Below, in pieces: positions 18,027-27,994 of a DNA stretch of 64,000 bases. The stretch comes from an uncultured delta proteobacterium (GTDB taxonomy: Bacteria; Desulfobacterota; Binatia; DP-6). Each line of letters opens with the position of its first letter. Within the stretch, counting starts at the first letter, position 1. The stretch spans positions 96,001 to 160,000 of the forward strand of contig CAWFFN010000009.1 of NCBI GenBank assembly GCA_963815115.1, given 5' to 3'. Below the pieces are notes generated by a model. That model searched no databases. It was not told the DNA's origin and saw only the letters and a program-made list of their open reading frames with translations. The position numbers and the translations under genes are program-made.

Positions 18027-21000
18027 ATGCGGTTCTCGGCGTCGTCGATCCTTCTCGCGACCCTGCTGGCGTCCTCGGCGTATGGAACCACGCCCGACGG
18101 GGACGGCGACTGCGGCGGCGTCGCGCAGCGCGCGTGCTGCGTGCTGGAGACCGACCCGGCGGGGTGCGACAGCGGCAACCGCGAGGTGCTGACCGTCGGC
18201 GACAAGTGTCCCGGCGGCGTCCTCAACGCGGGCTTCTGCATCAAGGACACGTCGGATCCGAACGAGCACGTCCACTGCGGCGGCGACGGGCAGCGGGCCT
18301 GCTGCACGACCGAAGGCAGCCCGTCGTGCGACACCGGCAACATCGAGATCGCCAGCACCGGCGGGACGTGCCCCGGCTCGTTCTCGGGCTCGGCCGGTCA
18401 ATGCGTCGCGATCACCGCCTGCGGCGGCCCCGGCCAGCGCGCCTGCTGCAACGGCCTGAGCGAGTTCAGCAATCGCGGCGGCGCGTGCAACACCGGCGCC
18501 GCGCCGGTCGTTGGCTGCGTGGGGAACTGCTACTGCGGCGGGATCGGGACGGGTCAGGTCGCCGTGCACACGTGCGTGGCGTACCAGACCGCCTGCGGCG
18601 GCGACGGGCAGCGCGCCTGCTGCGTCATCGAGCGCGCCGCTCCCTGTGACGACCCGTTGACCCAGATCCCGGGGACCACCGGGGACGTCACCTGCAGCGA
18701 CGGCATCACGACCGCGACGGCGCTCGGGACCTGCGTCTCGTCGGCGGCGGGGCCGATCGCCGAGCCGGATCCGGGCTGGACACCGCCGGCAGCCCCGCGC
18801 GGCGGACCGCTGCGCGGCTACGCCGACCTGCACGTGCACCTGCTCTCCCACCTCGCCCACGGCGGCAGCGTGTTCGCCGGCCACCCGGCGCCGATCGGCG
18901 ACGACGGGAAGTTCGTCCTGGACGCCGGGCACAACATCAACACCGCGCTCTCGCCGGCCCTGGACCTCCTCATCCACGGCGGACCGCTCCACCTCCCCGG
19001 TGAGGACACGGTCGGATTCGGGACGAACGACGGTGCCGCCTCGAACTTCGGCGCGCCCTACTTCAACGGCTGGCCGATCTGGAACAGCACCACGCACCAG
19101 CAGGTCTACTACAAGTGGCTCGAGCGCGCGTGGCGCGGCGGCCTGCGGCTCATGACCATGCTCGCGGTGACCAACGAGGCGCTCTGCCGCACCAGCAACG
19201 CTGCGCGGCAGCGACTGCGCAGAACGGGATGGGGTCGATCGACGCAGCAGCTCGAGAGGCGTGCTCGCTTCGAGCGCTTCATCGACGAGCTGAGCGGGCG
19301 GCCCCGGGCAACGGCTGGTTCCGCATCGTCACGCACGCCGGCAGCAGGCGCGCACCGTGATCGCGGAACGGCAAGCTCGCAGTCGTCCTCGGCATCGAGA
19401 TCGACAACCTCTTCAACTGCAAGTTCGACGAGCCGGCTGATCCCGCGCCGGGCACAGTGCACGACCGGTCGGGGCGCGCCGTCGTCGACGAGATACTACG
19501 CGAAAGGGCGTGCGCCACGTCTTCCCGGTCCACAACTTCGACAACGCCTTCGGCGCGCGCCGCCACGTGGCAGGACTCGATCGGCGTCGGCAACCGCGTG
19601 CGCCGAGCGCCGCTGGTGGGACGACCGAGAAACTGCGCGGCACGGCGCCGGCTACGGCTTCTAGCTCGGATCCGGCTTCGCCCCCACCGACGCTCCTCGG
19701 TTTCGGCGGCTGACGTCTTCGCCTGCCGCTGCTCTGCGTACCCGACGGCAATGCAACCCCGGCGATGCGAGCTGCAACACGCGCGGCCTCAGACGCCGCT
19801 CGGCAACGGCGACCTCGCTGCGATCCGCCGAGCTGATGAACGCGCGGCATGATCATCGACATCGACCACATGTCGCGCGAAGCGCGCTCGACGACACGCT
19901 CGCGATCGCGGAGGCGCGCAACCGCCGCGCCCTACCCGGTGGTGGCCACGCCACGTGCAGTTCTTCGCGCTGCACGAGCGCGAGTTCGGCGGCACGATGG
20001 CCGCCACGAGCGTATGCGGACGCCGCGCGCAGCTCGAGCGGCATCAAGGCGGGCGGCGGGATGATCGCCGCCATGCTGAAGGACGACGTCCAGGACACCG
20101 GCCAGCATCGGCAAGAAGGTCAACGCTCGGCTAACGCCCACGTCGCCGACGGTGCGCCGACGACTGCCGGACACTCCTCCAAGACGTGGGCGCAGGCGCT
20201 ACGCAGTACGCGCGTCGACGTGATGGGCGGCGCCGGTGGCCATGGGCAGCGACTTCAACGGCATCGCGGCGCACGTCGGGCCGCGCTTCGGTAGCGACGC
20301 CTGCGGCGGCGACCGGGGCGTCCAACGGCTCGGAGCGCCCGCTCCAGGAGCTGGCGCGGCAATCGCGGCTCGCGCTACCCCTTCACGATTCCCGGGCTTC
20401 GGCTCGCTTCGACCGAAGCAGACGACCGGCTTCAAGGAGGTTCGACTACAACGTCGACGGCCTGGCGCACATCGGCCTGCTGCCCGACCTGGTGGCCGAC
20501 CTGGGCAAGATCGGCCTCGACGCCGTACTGACGTCGATGCGCTGTTCTGCTCGGCGGAGAAGTACATCCGCGTCTGGGAGCGCGGCCTGGCCATCGCCGG
20601 GGGTCAGCCGGTCCCCGATCCGGACGCCGCACCGTGGCTCTGCACCAGCACCGGCCCGGTGTGCGGCAGCGGCGTGCTCGAGGCCGGTGAAGATTGCGAC
20701 GACGGCAACACCGCCGACGGCGACGGCTGCTCGGCCGTCTGCACCATCGAACAGGGCTACGCCTGCACCGGCGATCCGTCGGCATGCACGCCGATCTGCG
20801 GCGACGGGCTGGCGGTCGGCAGCGAGCGATGCGACGAGGGCGCGGCCAACGGCACGGCCACCTCCTGCTGCTCGGCGTCGTGCACGTTCGCCCCGGACGG
20901 ATCGGCCTGCGCGACGGACCAGGACCAATGCACTGACGACGTCTGCGGCAACGGAATGTGCACCCATCCATCCGTACCGCGGGCGGCCGCGTTCCTGTCG

Positions 21001-21315
21001 ATCGACTGTCGTCTGGCGGCGCTCCGCGTGACCGTGCTGTCCGACACGAGCGGGCGCATCCAGCAGACCCTCCTCAGCCAGCTCGACAAGGCGATCAAGT
21101 CGAAGGAGAAGGCGGAAGCGGCCGCGGCGGCAGGGAAGATGAACAAGGTGCGGGCGAGCTTGCGGAGCGCCGGCCGCCGGCTGATCAACTTCGGCTACCG
21201 TGTCAGCTCACTCGCCGGTCGCCACATGATCGTGCCCGCGGTGGCCGTCGACCTGCTGGCACAGCAGCACGATATCCTGACGGACATGGACGCCCTGCGC
21301 GGGGGGTTGCACTAG
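18027..21315 (+). CDS. Large secreted Cys-rich protein with membrane-dipeptidase (M19)-like amidohydrolase core; multiply frameshifted at ~19200-20550
   Basis: Signal peptide, 4x CGGxxQRACC, GYADLHVH, THQQVYYKWLERAWRGGLRL, IIDIDHMS, MGSDFNG, GLAHIGLLPDLVADL spread over shifting frames; C-terminal DUF4215 repeats. Confidence 0.75.
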
Positions 21316-21374
21316 CCTCCGGGCCACCTCGGATCCTCCCCTCGTAGGGCGAGGCGAACTGGCGTGGAGCCTGG

Positions 21375-21560
21375 TCAGTCGAGGAACGCTCCGTTCGGCG
21401 ACCCGCCCATTGTCGTCGTGGTGCTGGAGGTCGTCGGCGTACTGGTCGTCGTGGTCCCGATCGCGGTACTTGATCTTCAGAGGCAGCACCTGGCCACGGA
21501 TCTCGCCGCTGGCGCTTGCCGGCGGAGGCCCCGTGCTGTGGATGTTGATGTACCAGCGCG
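21375..21560 (-). pseudogene. 3' remnant of a CHRD-domain protein with Thr-rich tail
   Basis: WYINIHST...SGEIRGQV (end of a CHRD domain), then in another frame TTTTSTPTTSSTTTTMGGSPNGAFLD-stop; no intact 5' part. Confidence 0.55.
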
Positions 21561-21651
21561 CCCCGAGCGGTGGAGGCAGCGCGGCGTGGAAGGCGCCCAG
21601 GCGGTGTAGCGCTGGTCGACTTGCCCGGTCGTTCCATGTCAGAAGCTGCGC

Positions 21652-23076
21652 GTGCGCGACGGCCTCGCGGCGCGGCTCCGTCGCCTTGTCGGCGACGAGG
21701 CCGTGATCGACCACCCCGACTCGCTCGCGGTGTACGAGTGCGACGGATACACGCTCGAGCGAGCGACCCCCGACATCGTCGTCCTGCCGCGAACACCCGA
21801 GCAGGTAGCGGCGGTCGTCCGGCTCCTCTGGATCGAGCAGGTGCCCTTCGTTCCGCGTGGCGCCGGTACCGGGCTCTCGGGAGGCACGCTGCCGGTGGCG
21901 GCTCCGGTCATGATCTGCACCAGCCGGCTGAATCGCATCGAGGCCATCGACCGCACCAACCGTCGCATCGTCGCCCAGGCCGGCGTGGTGAACCAGTGGG
22001 TCTCGAACGCCGTGCGCGCCGACGGGCTGCTCTATGCCCCGGACCCGTCCAGTCAGCCCGCGTGTACCATCGGGGGCAACGTGGCCGAGAACTCCGGCGG
22101 GCCGCACACGCTCAAGTACGGCGTCACCACCAACCACGTCCTCGGCGTCGAGCTCGTGCTTCCCGACGGCGAGGTCGTCGCACTCGGGGGTCCGGTGGAG
22201 GACCGGCCCGGCTACGACCTGGTCGGCCTGGTCGTCGGGTGCGAAGGGACGTTCGGCATCGTCACCCGGGCGACGTTGCGGCTGACACGCATCCCGGAGG
22301 CCCACCGGACGCTCCTCGCCGTCTTCGAATCGGTCGACGCGGCCAGCGAGGCGGTCTCCGGCATCATCGCCAGCGGCATCGTCCCGGCGGCGCTCGAGAT
22401 GATGGACGGCCTGATCCTCGGCGCCGTGGAGGATGCCTATCACATCGGCTTGCCCACCGACGCCGGAGCCGTGCTGCTCGTCGAGCTCGACGGCCCGGCG
22501 GTCGGCCTCGATCCGCAGATGGAGCGCATCGACGCCGTCTGCCGGGCGCACGGCGTGCGCGAGCTGCGGCTCGCGCGCGACGAGGCGGAGCGCGCCGCCC
22601 TCTGGAAGTGTCGCAAGCGCGCCTTCGGGGCCGTCGGCCGGCTCGCGCCCAGCTACTGCACGCAGGACGGGGTGGTGCCGCGCACCCGCGTCCCCGACAT
22701 CCTGCGAGTGATCGCCGCCGCCGGCGAGCGGCACCGGCTCCGCATCGGCAACGTCTTCCATGCCGGCGACGGCAACATCCATCCCATCCTGCTGTTCGAC
22801 GAGCGTGACCCCGACGAGGTGAAGCGGGTGCTGGCGGCGGGCCGCGAGATCCTCGAGGCGTGCATCGCGTTCGGCGGCAGCGTCACCGGCGAGCACGGCA
22901 TCGGCGTGGAGAAGATCGCCCAGATGCCGCTTCTCTTCGCACCCGACGACCTCCTCGCCATGGTGCGCCTGCGCGCCGTCTTCGATCCCGAGCAGCGCGC
23001 GAACCCGCACAAGATCTTTCCGGACGCCAAGGTGTGTGTCGAGACCAGGATGCCGCGGCGGCGGGCGGCGCTGTGA
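21652..23076 (+). CDS. glcD: Glycolate oxidase FAD subunit
   Basis: PRGAGTGLSGG, PDPSSQPACTIGGNVAENSGG, HAGDGNIHP, GEHGIGVEK. Confidence 0.92.
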   Translation: MRDGLAARLRRLVGDEAVIDHPDSLAVYECDGYTLERATPDIVVLPRTPEQVAAVVRLLWIEQVPFVPRGAGTGLSGGTLPVAAPVMICTSRLNRIEAIDRTNRRIVAQAGVVNQWVSNAVRADGLLYAPDPSSQPACTIGGNVAENSGGPHTLKYGVTTNHVLGVELVLPDGEVVALGGPVEDRPGYDLVGLVVGCEGTFGIVTRATLRLTRIPEAHRTLLAVFESVDAASEAVSGIIASGIVPAALEMMDGLILGAVEDAYHIGLPTDAGAVLLVELDGPAVGLDPQMERIDAVCRAHGVRELRLARDEAERAALWKCRKRAFGAVGRLAPSYCTQDGVVPRTRVPDILRVIAAAGERHRLRIGNVFHAGDGNIHPILLFDERDPDEVKRVLAAGREILEACIAFGGSVTGEHGIGVEKIAQMPLLFAPDDLLAMVRLRAVFDPEQRANPHKIFPDAKVCVETRMPRRRAAL

Positions 23077-23101
23077 CGCGGTGAACGGGGGGGTGGCGCG
23101 C

Positions 23102-23623
23102 ATGCTCGACCGCCAGCTGGTGGAGCGCCTCGGCGCCGCGCGGGTGAGCTACTGCCTGATCGGACGTCTGGCGCTGGCCGAGCACGGTGTCGCGCTCCGG
23201 GAGGGCGATGCCCGGGTCGACCTGCTCACGGTGGATCCCGACGTGCTGCGGCCGCTGTTCTGGGCCGACGGGCGACAACCCGAGGTCGAACTGCGCGAGG
23301 CCGGGGACGACACCGTCGGGCGGCTGCGCTGGGCTAGCTCGCCCCCGCATGAGCTGCTGGTCGGGAGAGGGCACGCCATGGTCTTCGCCGTCGACACGGC
23401 GCATCCGAACGACCATCTCGGCTGTCGCGTGGCGACGCCCCTCGGGCTCCTGCTGGTGGCGCTCCAGCGCGCGGGGATCGGCGCGCGCACAGACATCGAG
23501 GCTTTGAGCCGCGCCCAGGAGGCGCGGCTCGGCGCGCCGTGGCGCCCTCCCGTCGAGGACCATCTCGCCTCCATGGCCCCGTCGGCCGCGGCGGCGTGGA
23601 ACCAGATCGTCCGAAAACGGTGA
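23102..23623 (+). CDS. Hypothetical protein, degenerate nucleotidyltransferase-like fold
   Basis: YCLIGRLALAEHG..VDLL and VATPLGLLL..DIEAL resemble small NTase-fold proteins; stop overlaps the glcE start. Confidence 0.5.
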   Translation: MLDRQLVERLGAARVSYCLIGRLALAEHGVALREGDARVDLLTVDPDVLRPLFWADGRQPEVELREAGDDTVGRLRWASSPPHELLVGRGHAMVFAVDTAHPNDHLGCRVATPLGLLLVALQRAGIGARTDIEALSRAQEARLGAPWRPPVEDHLASMAPSAAAAWNQIVRKR

Positions 23624-24876
23624 TCGACTGGGCCGAGATCGTCGGGCGCGACTTCGTCGCACCGGGGACGCTCCACGACCGGGTGGACGGCGTCGCGCCC
23701 GACTGGGTCGTCCGTCCAGGTAGCGTCGCCGAGGTCCAGGCGGCGGTGGGCACGGGCGTGGCCCTGGTCGCGTCCGGGCTCGGCGCACATCTCGACGTCG
23801 GCGCGCCGCCGCGCCGGCTCGACGTGCTCGTGCGACTCGCCCGCCTCGACCGCATCCTCGACCACCAGGCCGCGGACATGACGGTCACCGTCGAGGCGGG
23901 CTGCCCGCTCGCCACTCTCCAGGACGCGCTCGCGTCGGCCGGCCAGTGGCTGCCGCTCGATCCGCCGCGTCCACAGCGCACGACCGTGGGCGGCCTGATT
24001 GCCGCCAACCTGGATGGCCCGTTGCGCGCCTCGCAGGGCGGCGTGCGCGATCTCCTGCTCGGGCTGCACGTCGTCGGCGCCGGAGGGACGCTGGTACGGG
24101 GAGGAGGTCGGGTGGTGAAGAACGTCGCCGGCTACGATCTGCCGAAGCTCCACGTCGGCGCGCTGGGCAGCGTCGGAGTCCTCGTCCAGGCGACCTTCAA
24201 GGTCCGGCCGCGCCCGGAGCGCGAGGCGGCGGTGGTCATCGGCTGCCGCACGGGACCCGAGGCCGCCGATGCGGCGCTCGCGGTGCGCGACGCGCTCGAC
24301 CCGCTGTGGATCGAGGTGGCGGGCGCGGGCGGCCTGCCCGACGGACCCGGCGATGGAGCCGCGGTCGCCGTCGGGCTCGGTGGCCTCGGGGCGGAGGTCG
24401 AGCACGGGTGCCTGCGGGTGCGGGAGCGCGCCGCGTCCCGCGGCTGGCGCACGTTGCGAGTCGAGGATGGACGCGCGTTGCGCGCGCGGCTGGGAGAGTT
24501 CGACGTCGAACCGGCGGCCGCGTTGCTGCGCGCCGCGACGCTTCCCGGGAAGGTGGGCGCGCTGCTCGGCGCGCTGGAGGCGGCAGCCGGTCGGCGGGGC
24601 GCATCGATCCGTACTCTGGCGCATGCGGCGAACGGCGTCGTCCGCATCGCCGTGGCACGCGCCGAGGACGTGCCTTTTCTGACGCAGGAGCTCCGGCCAG
24701 GGCTCGAGGCCGACGGGGGCTCGCTGGTGCTCCACCGCGCGGGTCCCGAGGTGAAGGCGGCCGTCGACGTGTGGGGGGACCTCGGGCCGGGACGACACCT
24801 CATGCGCCGGATCAAGGAGGCGTTCGACCCTGATGGTATCTTCGCGCCGGGGCGATTCGTGGAGGGAAGGGGCTGA
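23620..24876 (+). CDS. glcE: Glycolate oxidase FAD-binding subunit
   Basis: QWLPLDPP, GGRVVKNVAGYDLPKL, IKEAFDPDGIFAPGRF. Confidence 0.88.
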   Translation: MIDWAEIVGRDFVAPGTLHDRVDGVAPDWVVRPGSVAEVQAAVGTGVALVASGLGAHLDVGAPPRRLDVLVRLARLDRILDHQAADMTVTVEAGCPLATLQDALASAGQWLPLDPPRPQRTTVGGLIAANLDGPLRASQGGVRDLLLGLHVVGAGGTLVRGGGRVVKNVAGYDLPKLHVGALGSVGVLVQATFKVRPRPEREAAVVIGCRTGPEAADAALAVRDALDPLWIEVAGAGGLPDGPGDGAAVAVGLGGLGAEVEHGCLRVRERAASRGWRTLRVEDGRALRARLGEFDVEPAAALLRAATLPGKVGALLGALEAAAGRRGASIRTLAHAANGVVRIAVARAEDVPFLTQELRPGLEADGGSLVLHRAGPEVKAAVDVWGDLGPGRHLMRRIKEAFDPDGIFAPGRFVEGRG

Positions 24877-24878
24877 CC

Positions 24879-26279
24879 ATGACCATGATGCCGACCGCTG
24901 CCGAGATCGCGAGCTCGCTCCGCGAGCTGCTGAGGGCGGACCCCGGCCGCTTCGTCGAATCGGTGGGAGGGATGGCGGTTCCGGATCTCGCGGAGGCCCT
25001 GCGCACGCTGCCGCCGGAGCAGGCGACGGAGATCGTGTGCGCGCTGCCGTTCGAGCTGGCGGTGAACCTCTTCGACGAGCCCGAGCTGGAGGGACACCGC
25101 AGCGCGATCGCCCAGCGGCTGCCGCCCGACGAGGCGACTCGGCTGATCGCGGCGATGTCGGCCGATCGGCAGGTGGACCTGCTGCGCGAGCTCGAGCCCG
25201 CCGACCGCAAGCGGCTCCTGGAGGTGCTCGATCCGGCAACGCGCCAGAGCCTCACGGCGCTGCTCGCCTGGCCTTCGGACACCGCCGGCGGCATCATGAC
25301 GACGGAGTTCACGGCCGTGCCGGCGGAGTGGACCGCCGGTCGCGTGCTGGCGCATCTCCGCCAGGTCGCCGAGACCAAGGAGACGATCTACGCGGTCTAC
25401 GTCGTCGAGGAGGGCACCGGCCGCCTGCAGCACGTGGTGTCGCTGCGCGAGCTCCTGCTGGCCGACGAGGAGGCGCCCGTGCGCAGGGTGGCACCCAAAC
25501 GCCGTCTGATCACGATCCCGCCCGGCGCGAGCCGGCTGGATGCCGCCCGGGTCATCGGCAAGTACAACCTGCTCGCGCTGCCGGTGGTGGACGAGACCAG
25601 GCGGCTCCTCGGCATCGTCACCGTCGACGACGTGATCGATGCCCTGGTCGCCGAGCAGACGCGCCAGGTGCAGCGCATGGGCGGTCTGGAAGCCCTCGAT
25701 CTGCCGTACACCGAGATGGGGTTCGGAGCGATGATCCGCAAGCGCGCCGGCTGGCTGTGCGCGCTCTTCCTCGGGGAGATGCTGACGGCGACCGCCATGG
25801 GCCACTTCGAGGACGAGATCGCGCGCGCCGTGGTGCTCTCGCTCTTCATCCCGCTCATCATCAGCTCCGGAGGCAACTCCGGCTCGCAGGCCACCTCGCT
25901 CATCATCCGCGCCCTGGCGCTCCGCGAGCTCGCTCTGCGCGACTGGTGGCGGGTCGCTCTGCGCGAGCTGCCCTCGGGCCTCATGCTGGGCAGCATCCTG
26001 GGAGCGATCGGGGTGGTCCGCATCCTGCTCTGGCAGACGATGGGATGGTACGACTACGGCGCGCACGCTTCGTTGGTCGCGCTGACGGTCGGGCTCGCCC
26101 TGGTGGGGGTGGTGACGTTCGGCTCGATGGCGGGATCCTTGCTGCCCTTCCTGCTGCGCCGGCTCGGCTTCGATCCGGCGAGCGCTTCGGCGCCGTTCGT
26201 CGCCACGCTGGTCGACGTCACGGGGCTGGTGATCTACTTCAGCGTCGCGCTGCTCGTGCTGCGCGGCACGCTGCTGTAG
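24879..26279 (+). CDS. mgtE: Magnesium transporter MgtE
   Basis: TAGGIMT CBS pair, GGNSGSQAT, DPASASAPFVATLVDVTG. Confidence 0.95.
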   Translation: MTMMPTAAEIASSLRELLRADPGRFVESVGGMAVPDLAEALRTLPPEQATEIVCALPFELAVNLFDEPELEGHRSAIAQRLPPDEATRLIAAMSADRQVDLLRELEPADRKRLLEVLDPATRQSLTALLAWPSDTAGGIMTTEFTAVPAEWTAGRVLAHLRQVAETKETIYAVYVVEEGTGRLQHVVSLRELLLADEEAPVRRVAPKRRLITIPPGASRLDAARVIGKYNLLALPVVDETRRLLGIVTVDDVIDALVAEQTRQVQRMGGLEALDLPYTEMGFGAMIRKRAGWLCALFLGEMLTATAMGHFEDEIARAVVLSLFIPLIISSGGNSGSQATSLIIRALALRELALRDWWRVALRELPSGLMLGSILGAIGVVRILLWQTMGWYDYGAHASLVALTVGLALVGVVTFGSMAGSLLPFLLRRLGFDPASASAPFVATLVDVTGLVIYFSVALLVLRGTLL

Positions 26280-26359
26280 AAGCGCAGGGGAACGATTCAC
26301 CTTCCCGCGGACTACATCTTGACCTACCGATCGGCGATCGATACAGACTTCGTAAGACG

Positions 26360-26569
26360 ATGGAGATCGCGACCCTCTCGACCAAGTACCAGCTGGTGAT
26401 TCCGCGTGGCCCACGCGAGCGGCTGCGGCTTCGCCCGGGCATGCGCTTCACCGTCCTGGACAAGGGCGGCGTCATCTATCTGGTTCCGGACCGCCCGATG
26501 CGCGCGTATCGCGGCGTCGCCAGGGGAACGACCGTCCGAGACGTGCGCGAAAAGCGAGACCGGCTCTGA
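26360..26569 (+). CDS. AbrB/MazE/SpoVT-family antitoxin
   Basis: LSTKYQLVIPRGPRERLRLRPG; TTGACC -35-like hexamer at 26319. Confidence 0.88.
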   Translation: MEIATLSTKYQLVIPRGPRERLRLRPGMRFTVLDKGGVIYLVPDRPMRAYRGVARGTTVRDVREKRDRL

Positions 26570-26934
26570 TCCTGGTCGACTCCAGCGGCTGGATCGAATA
26601 CCTGGCCGATCGTCCGCGCGCCAGCCGCTTCGCATCGTATATCGAAGGTCGAGAGCCGCTCCTCGTGTCCGCGATCGCGGTCTACGAGGTGTACAAGGTC
26701 ATCCGTCGCGACTTGTCCGAGGAGCGTGCCCTCGAGGCGGTCTCGGCGCTACGGCGGGCCACGATCGTCCCCGTCGATGAAGCGCTCGCACTGGAGGCTG
26801 CCGACGTGGCGCTGTCGCGCGGGCTCGCGATGGCGGACGCGATCGTGTACGCGACCGCACGCCGCCACGGCGCGACCGTGCTCACGGGCGACGTCGACTT
26901 CGACGGCCTGCCCGACGCGATCGTCATCCGCTAG
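26566..26934 (+). CDS. vapC: VapC PIN toxin (apparent CTG start)
   Basis: LILVDSSGWIEYL, YEVYK, LAMADAIV, LTGDVDF. Confidence 0.88.
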   Translation: MILVDSSGWIEYLADRPRASRFASYIEGREPLLVSAIAVYEVYKVIRRDLSEERALEAVSALRRATIVPVDEALALEAADVALSRGLAMADAIVYATARRHGATVLTGDVDFDGLPDAIVIR

Positions 26935-26946
26935 CCAAAGCGACAG

Positions 26947-27807
26947 TCACCGGCGCTCGATCGCCACCACCAGGATGCCCGCGAGGATGACGCCGCCTCC
27001 CGCGATCACCCGTCCCGTGATGGGCTCGCCGAGCAGCAGCCACGACAGCACGACCGCGAAGACCGGCGTGCTCGCGAGCACGATGGTGAGAACCACGATG
27101 TCGAGCAGCTCCTGGCCACGGCTGTACAGCAGGTACGGCGCGACCGTGCAGACGGCGACGGCGGCGACGAGCATCACGGTAGGGCCCGCGCCGCCCTGGT
27201 TTCGCCACGCCCCGGGCGAGGCGAGCGCCAGCGCGCTCACCAGCGTGGCGAGGACGAAGATCGGCGACAGGAGCTGCGAGACGTTGGCGCGCCGCGCTGC
27301 GCGTCGCTGCGCAACGGCGTAGGTCGCCCATGCGACCCCTGCCAGGATGATGAGCACGTTGCCGACGATGCTGCCGTCGCCGCCGGAGTCGCGGCCGATC
27401 GTGGCCACCGCGGCGACTCCGGCCAGCGTGAGGGCCGCACCGACCAGGCGGTGGGCGGTCAGCGCCTCGCCGAGCACGGCGCGGGCGAGGACGATGTTGG
27501 CCACCTGCCCGAAGTTGACCAGGAGCCCGGTACGCCCCGCCGTGGTGAGCTGCACCCCCTTGTTGAAGAGCAGGAAGTCGATCCCGAGGGCGACGCCGGC
27601 GAGGACGAGCCACGGCTCGTCGGGGAGCCATCGCATCCCTCCTCCGGCGAGGATCCGGAAGCAGAGCGCGGCCGCGCTCAGCCGGACGACGCCGATGACC
27701 TCGGGAGAATACCCGTCCAGAGCGGCCTTCGTCGCCACCGGACCGAAGCCCCAGCACGCTGCGGCGACCGTGCCGAGCGCGAACCCCGCCAGCCGGGAGC
27801 GCGACAT
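26947..27807 (-). CDS. DMT/EamA transporter
   Basis: About 10 TM segments in two EamA repeats (WG.., LGE..). Confidence 0.88.
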   Translation of the reverse strand: MSRSRLAGFALGTVAAACWGFGPVATKAALDGYSPEVIGVVRLSAAALCFRILAGGGMRWLPDEPWLVLAGVALGIDFLLFNKGVQLTTAGRTGLLVNFGQVANIVLARAVLGEALTAHRLVGAALTLAGVAAVATIGRDSGGDGSIVGNVLIILAGVAWATYAVAQRRAARRANVSQLLSPIFVLATLVSALALASPGAWRNQGGAGPTVMLVAAVAVCTVAPYLLYSRGQELLDIVVLTIVLASTPVFAVVLSWLLLGEPITGRVIAGGGVILAGILVVAIERR

Positions 27808-27994
27808 CGCTACCGCTTCGCCCGCTCGGCGCGCACCGGGAGTCCGTCGCGGAGCCGGTAGGGGAGCGCGGTCGGCGGGCGGGCCACGCGACGGCACAAA
27901 GCACGATCGGTGCGGCGGCGTCCACGGAAGAGATGCCGCGCCCCCCTGGCAGCAAGGCGCGCCAGCGACTAAAGGGCGACTACCCGCGACGACC

